From an uncultured Candidatus Saccharibacteria bacterium (GTDB taxonomy: Bacteria > Patescibacteriota > Minisyncoccia > UBA6257 > 2-01-FULL-56-20), in NCBI GenBank assembly GCA_964467765.1, contig CAYXSS010000004.1:1-55654 (forward strand): a stretch of DNA of 55,654 bases, in the 5' to 3' direction. A program made the translations under genes and the position numbers. This document shows, piece after piece, positions 55,281-55,654 of this stretch. A model generated the notes under the pieces. It searched no databases. It saw nothing but the letters and a program-made list of their open reading frames with translations, and was not told the DNA's origin. How positions within the stretch are numbered: the first letter of the stretch is position 1; the number at the start of each line of letters is the position of its first letter.

Positions 55281-55654
55281 CGTTTATCGCGACCCGCGCA
55301 GTTATTTATTTTCGTTTTCTTATCCACCCCGATAGGTTTTTCCATTAATAAAAATAATCCTTTATCTATCAATCCGAATAATCCCGATCTAGAGAATAAC
55401 GCACCTACATATCCCAAGGGAAACGCTAGTCCGGTCGTAATAGCGAGACCAATGCCCAGAATAGCCCCCGCTAACGAGAATGGATCGTTTAGTTGGACAG
55501 TTGGAAGATGAGTGCCCGCTATAAGTTTTGCTGTTAAAAGGAAAAGAGCGGTGCCCCACAAAAAACTCCAAATCGTATATTCAAACTCACCAATTTCACT
55601 TGCTTTAGTGAAATGTCGATAGGTCCAAACGAAACAAAAGCCCGGTATAATAAA
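55262..55654 (-). CDS. membrane protein, 5'-truncated by the window end
   Basis: Frame is open to 55654 (FIIPGFCFVWTYRHFTK..WSFLWG..); hydrophobic helices. Confidence 0.65.
   Translation of the reverse strand, partial: FIIPGFCFVWTYRHFTKASEIGEFEYTIWSFLWGTALFLLTAKLIAGTHLPTVQLNDPFSLAGAILGIGLAITTGLAFPLGYVGALFSRSGLFGLIDKGLFLLMEKPIGVDKKTKINNCAGRDKRRKTAE

Noticed and set aside
1-55654. Alternative genetic code (TGA read as Gly or Trp)
   Set aside because: Conserved genes are full length under code 11 and murA and rseP end at TGA

Overview
A 55.6 kb bacterial segment using genetic code 11. Its gene content and order, short AT-rich spacers and scarce Shine-Dalgarno sequences suggest a Patescibacteria/CPR (Parcubacteria-like) genome; the taxon is an inference. 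Bases 1-14.5 kb are core housekeeping: the 5' end of a tRNA, mraZ-rsmH-ftsL-like-ftsI-murF, tRNA-Glu(CTC), recO, a large exported protein, alpha2-type glyS, murA, mreB, holB, frr and rseP. Bases 14.5-22.5 kb are accessory: a gamma-glutamylcyclotransferase, an orphan IscU with an inserted Zn-ribbon, an EamA-glycoside hydrolase fusion, a GH1, a type IV pilin, a membrane bPH-Schlafen/AlbA_2 fusion and an Ig-repeat peptidoglycan-binding protein. Bases 22.7-55.2 kb are a ~33 kb, all plus-strand copper/thiol-redox/envelope region. It holds a CsoR/RcnR repressor with two matching G-tract operators, two P1B ATPases, CopZ, a YHS/TRASH protein, a cupredoxin, two CcdA/DsbD proteins, DsbA, a redoxin, TrxB, a MacAB-like ABC exporter and lipid/isoprenoid-modifying enzymes. 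The best candidates for undescribed biology are four. (i) A twice-repeated module of Cys/His leader ORF, hairpin, transmembrane thiol relay, exported thioredoxin and an unnamed exported 'YRPCC..DCNH..GCG' protein. (ii) An AAGGTCG motif at a near-fixed distance upstream of start codons. (iii) A family of GTTAGA..TCTAAC structured repeats. (iv) The bPH-Schlafen fusion. No CRISPR array, integrase or transposase was seen. All family calls come from motif recognition by eye, not database searches.
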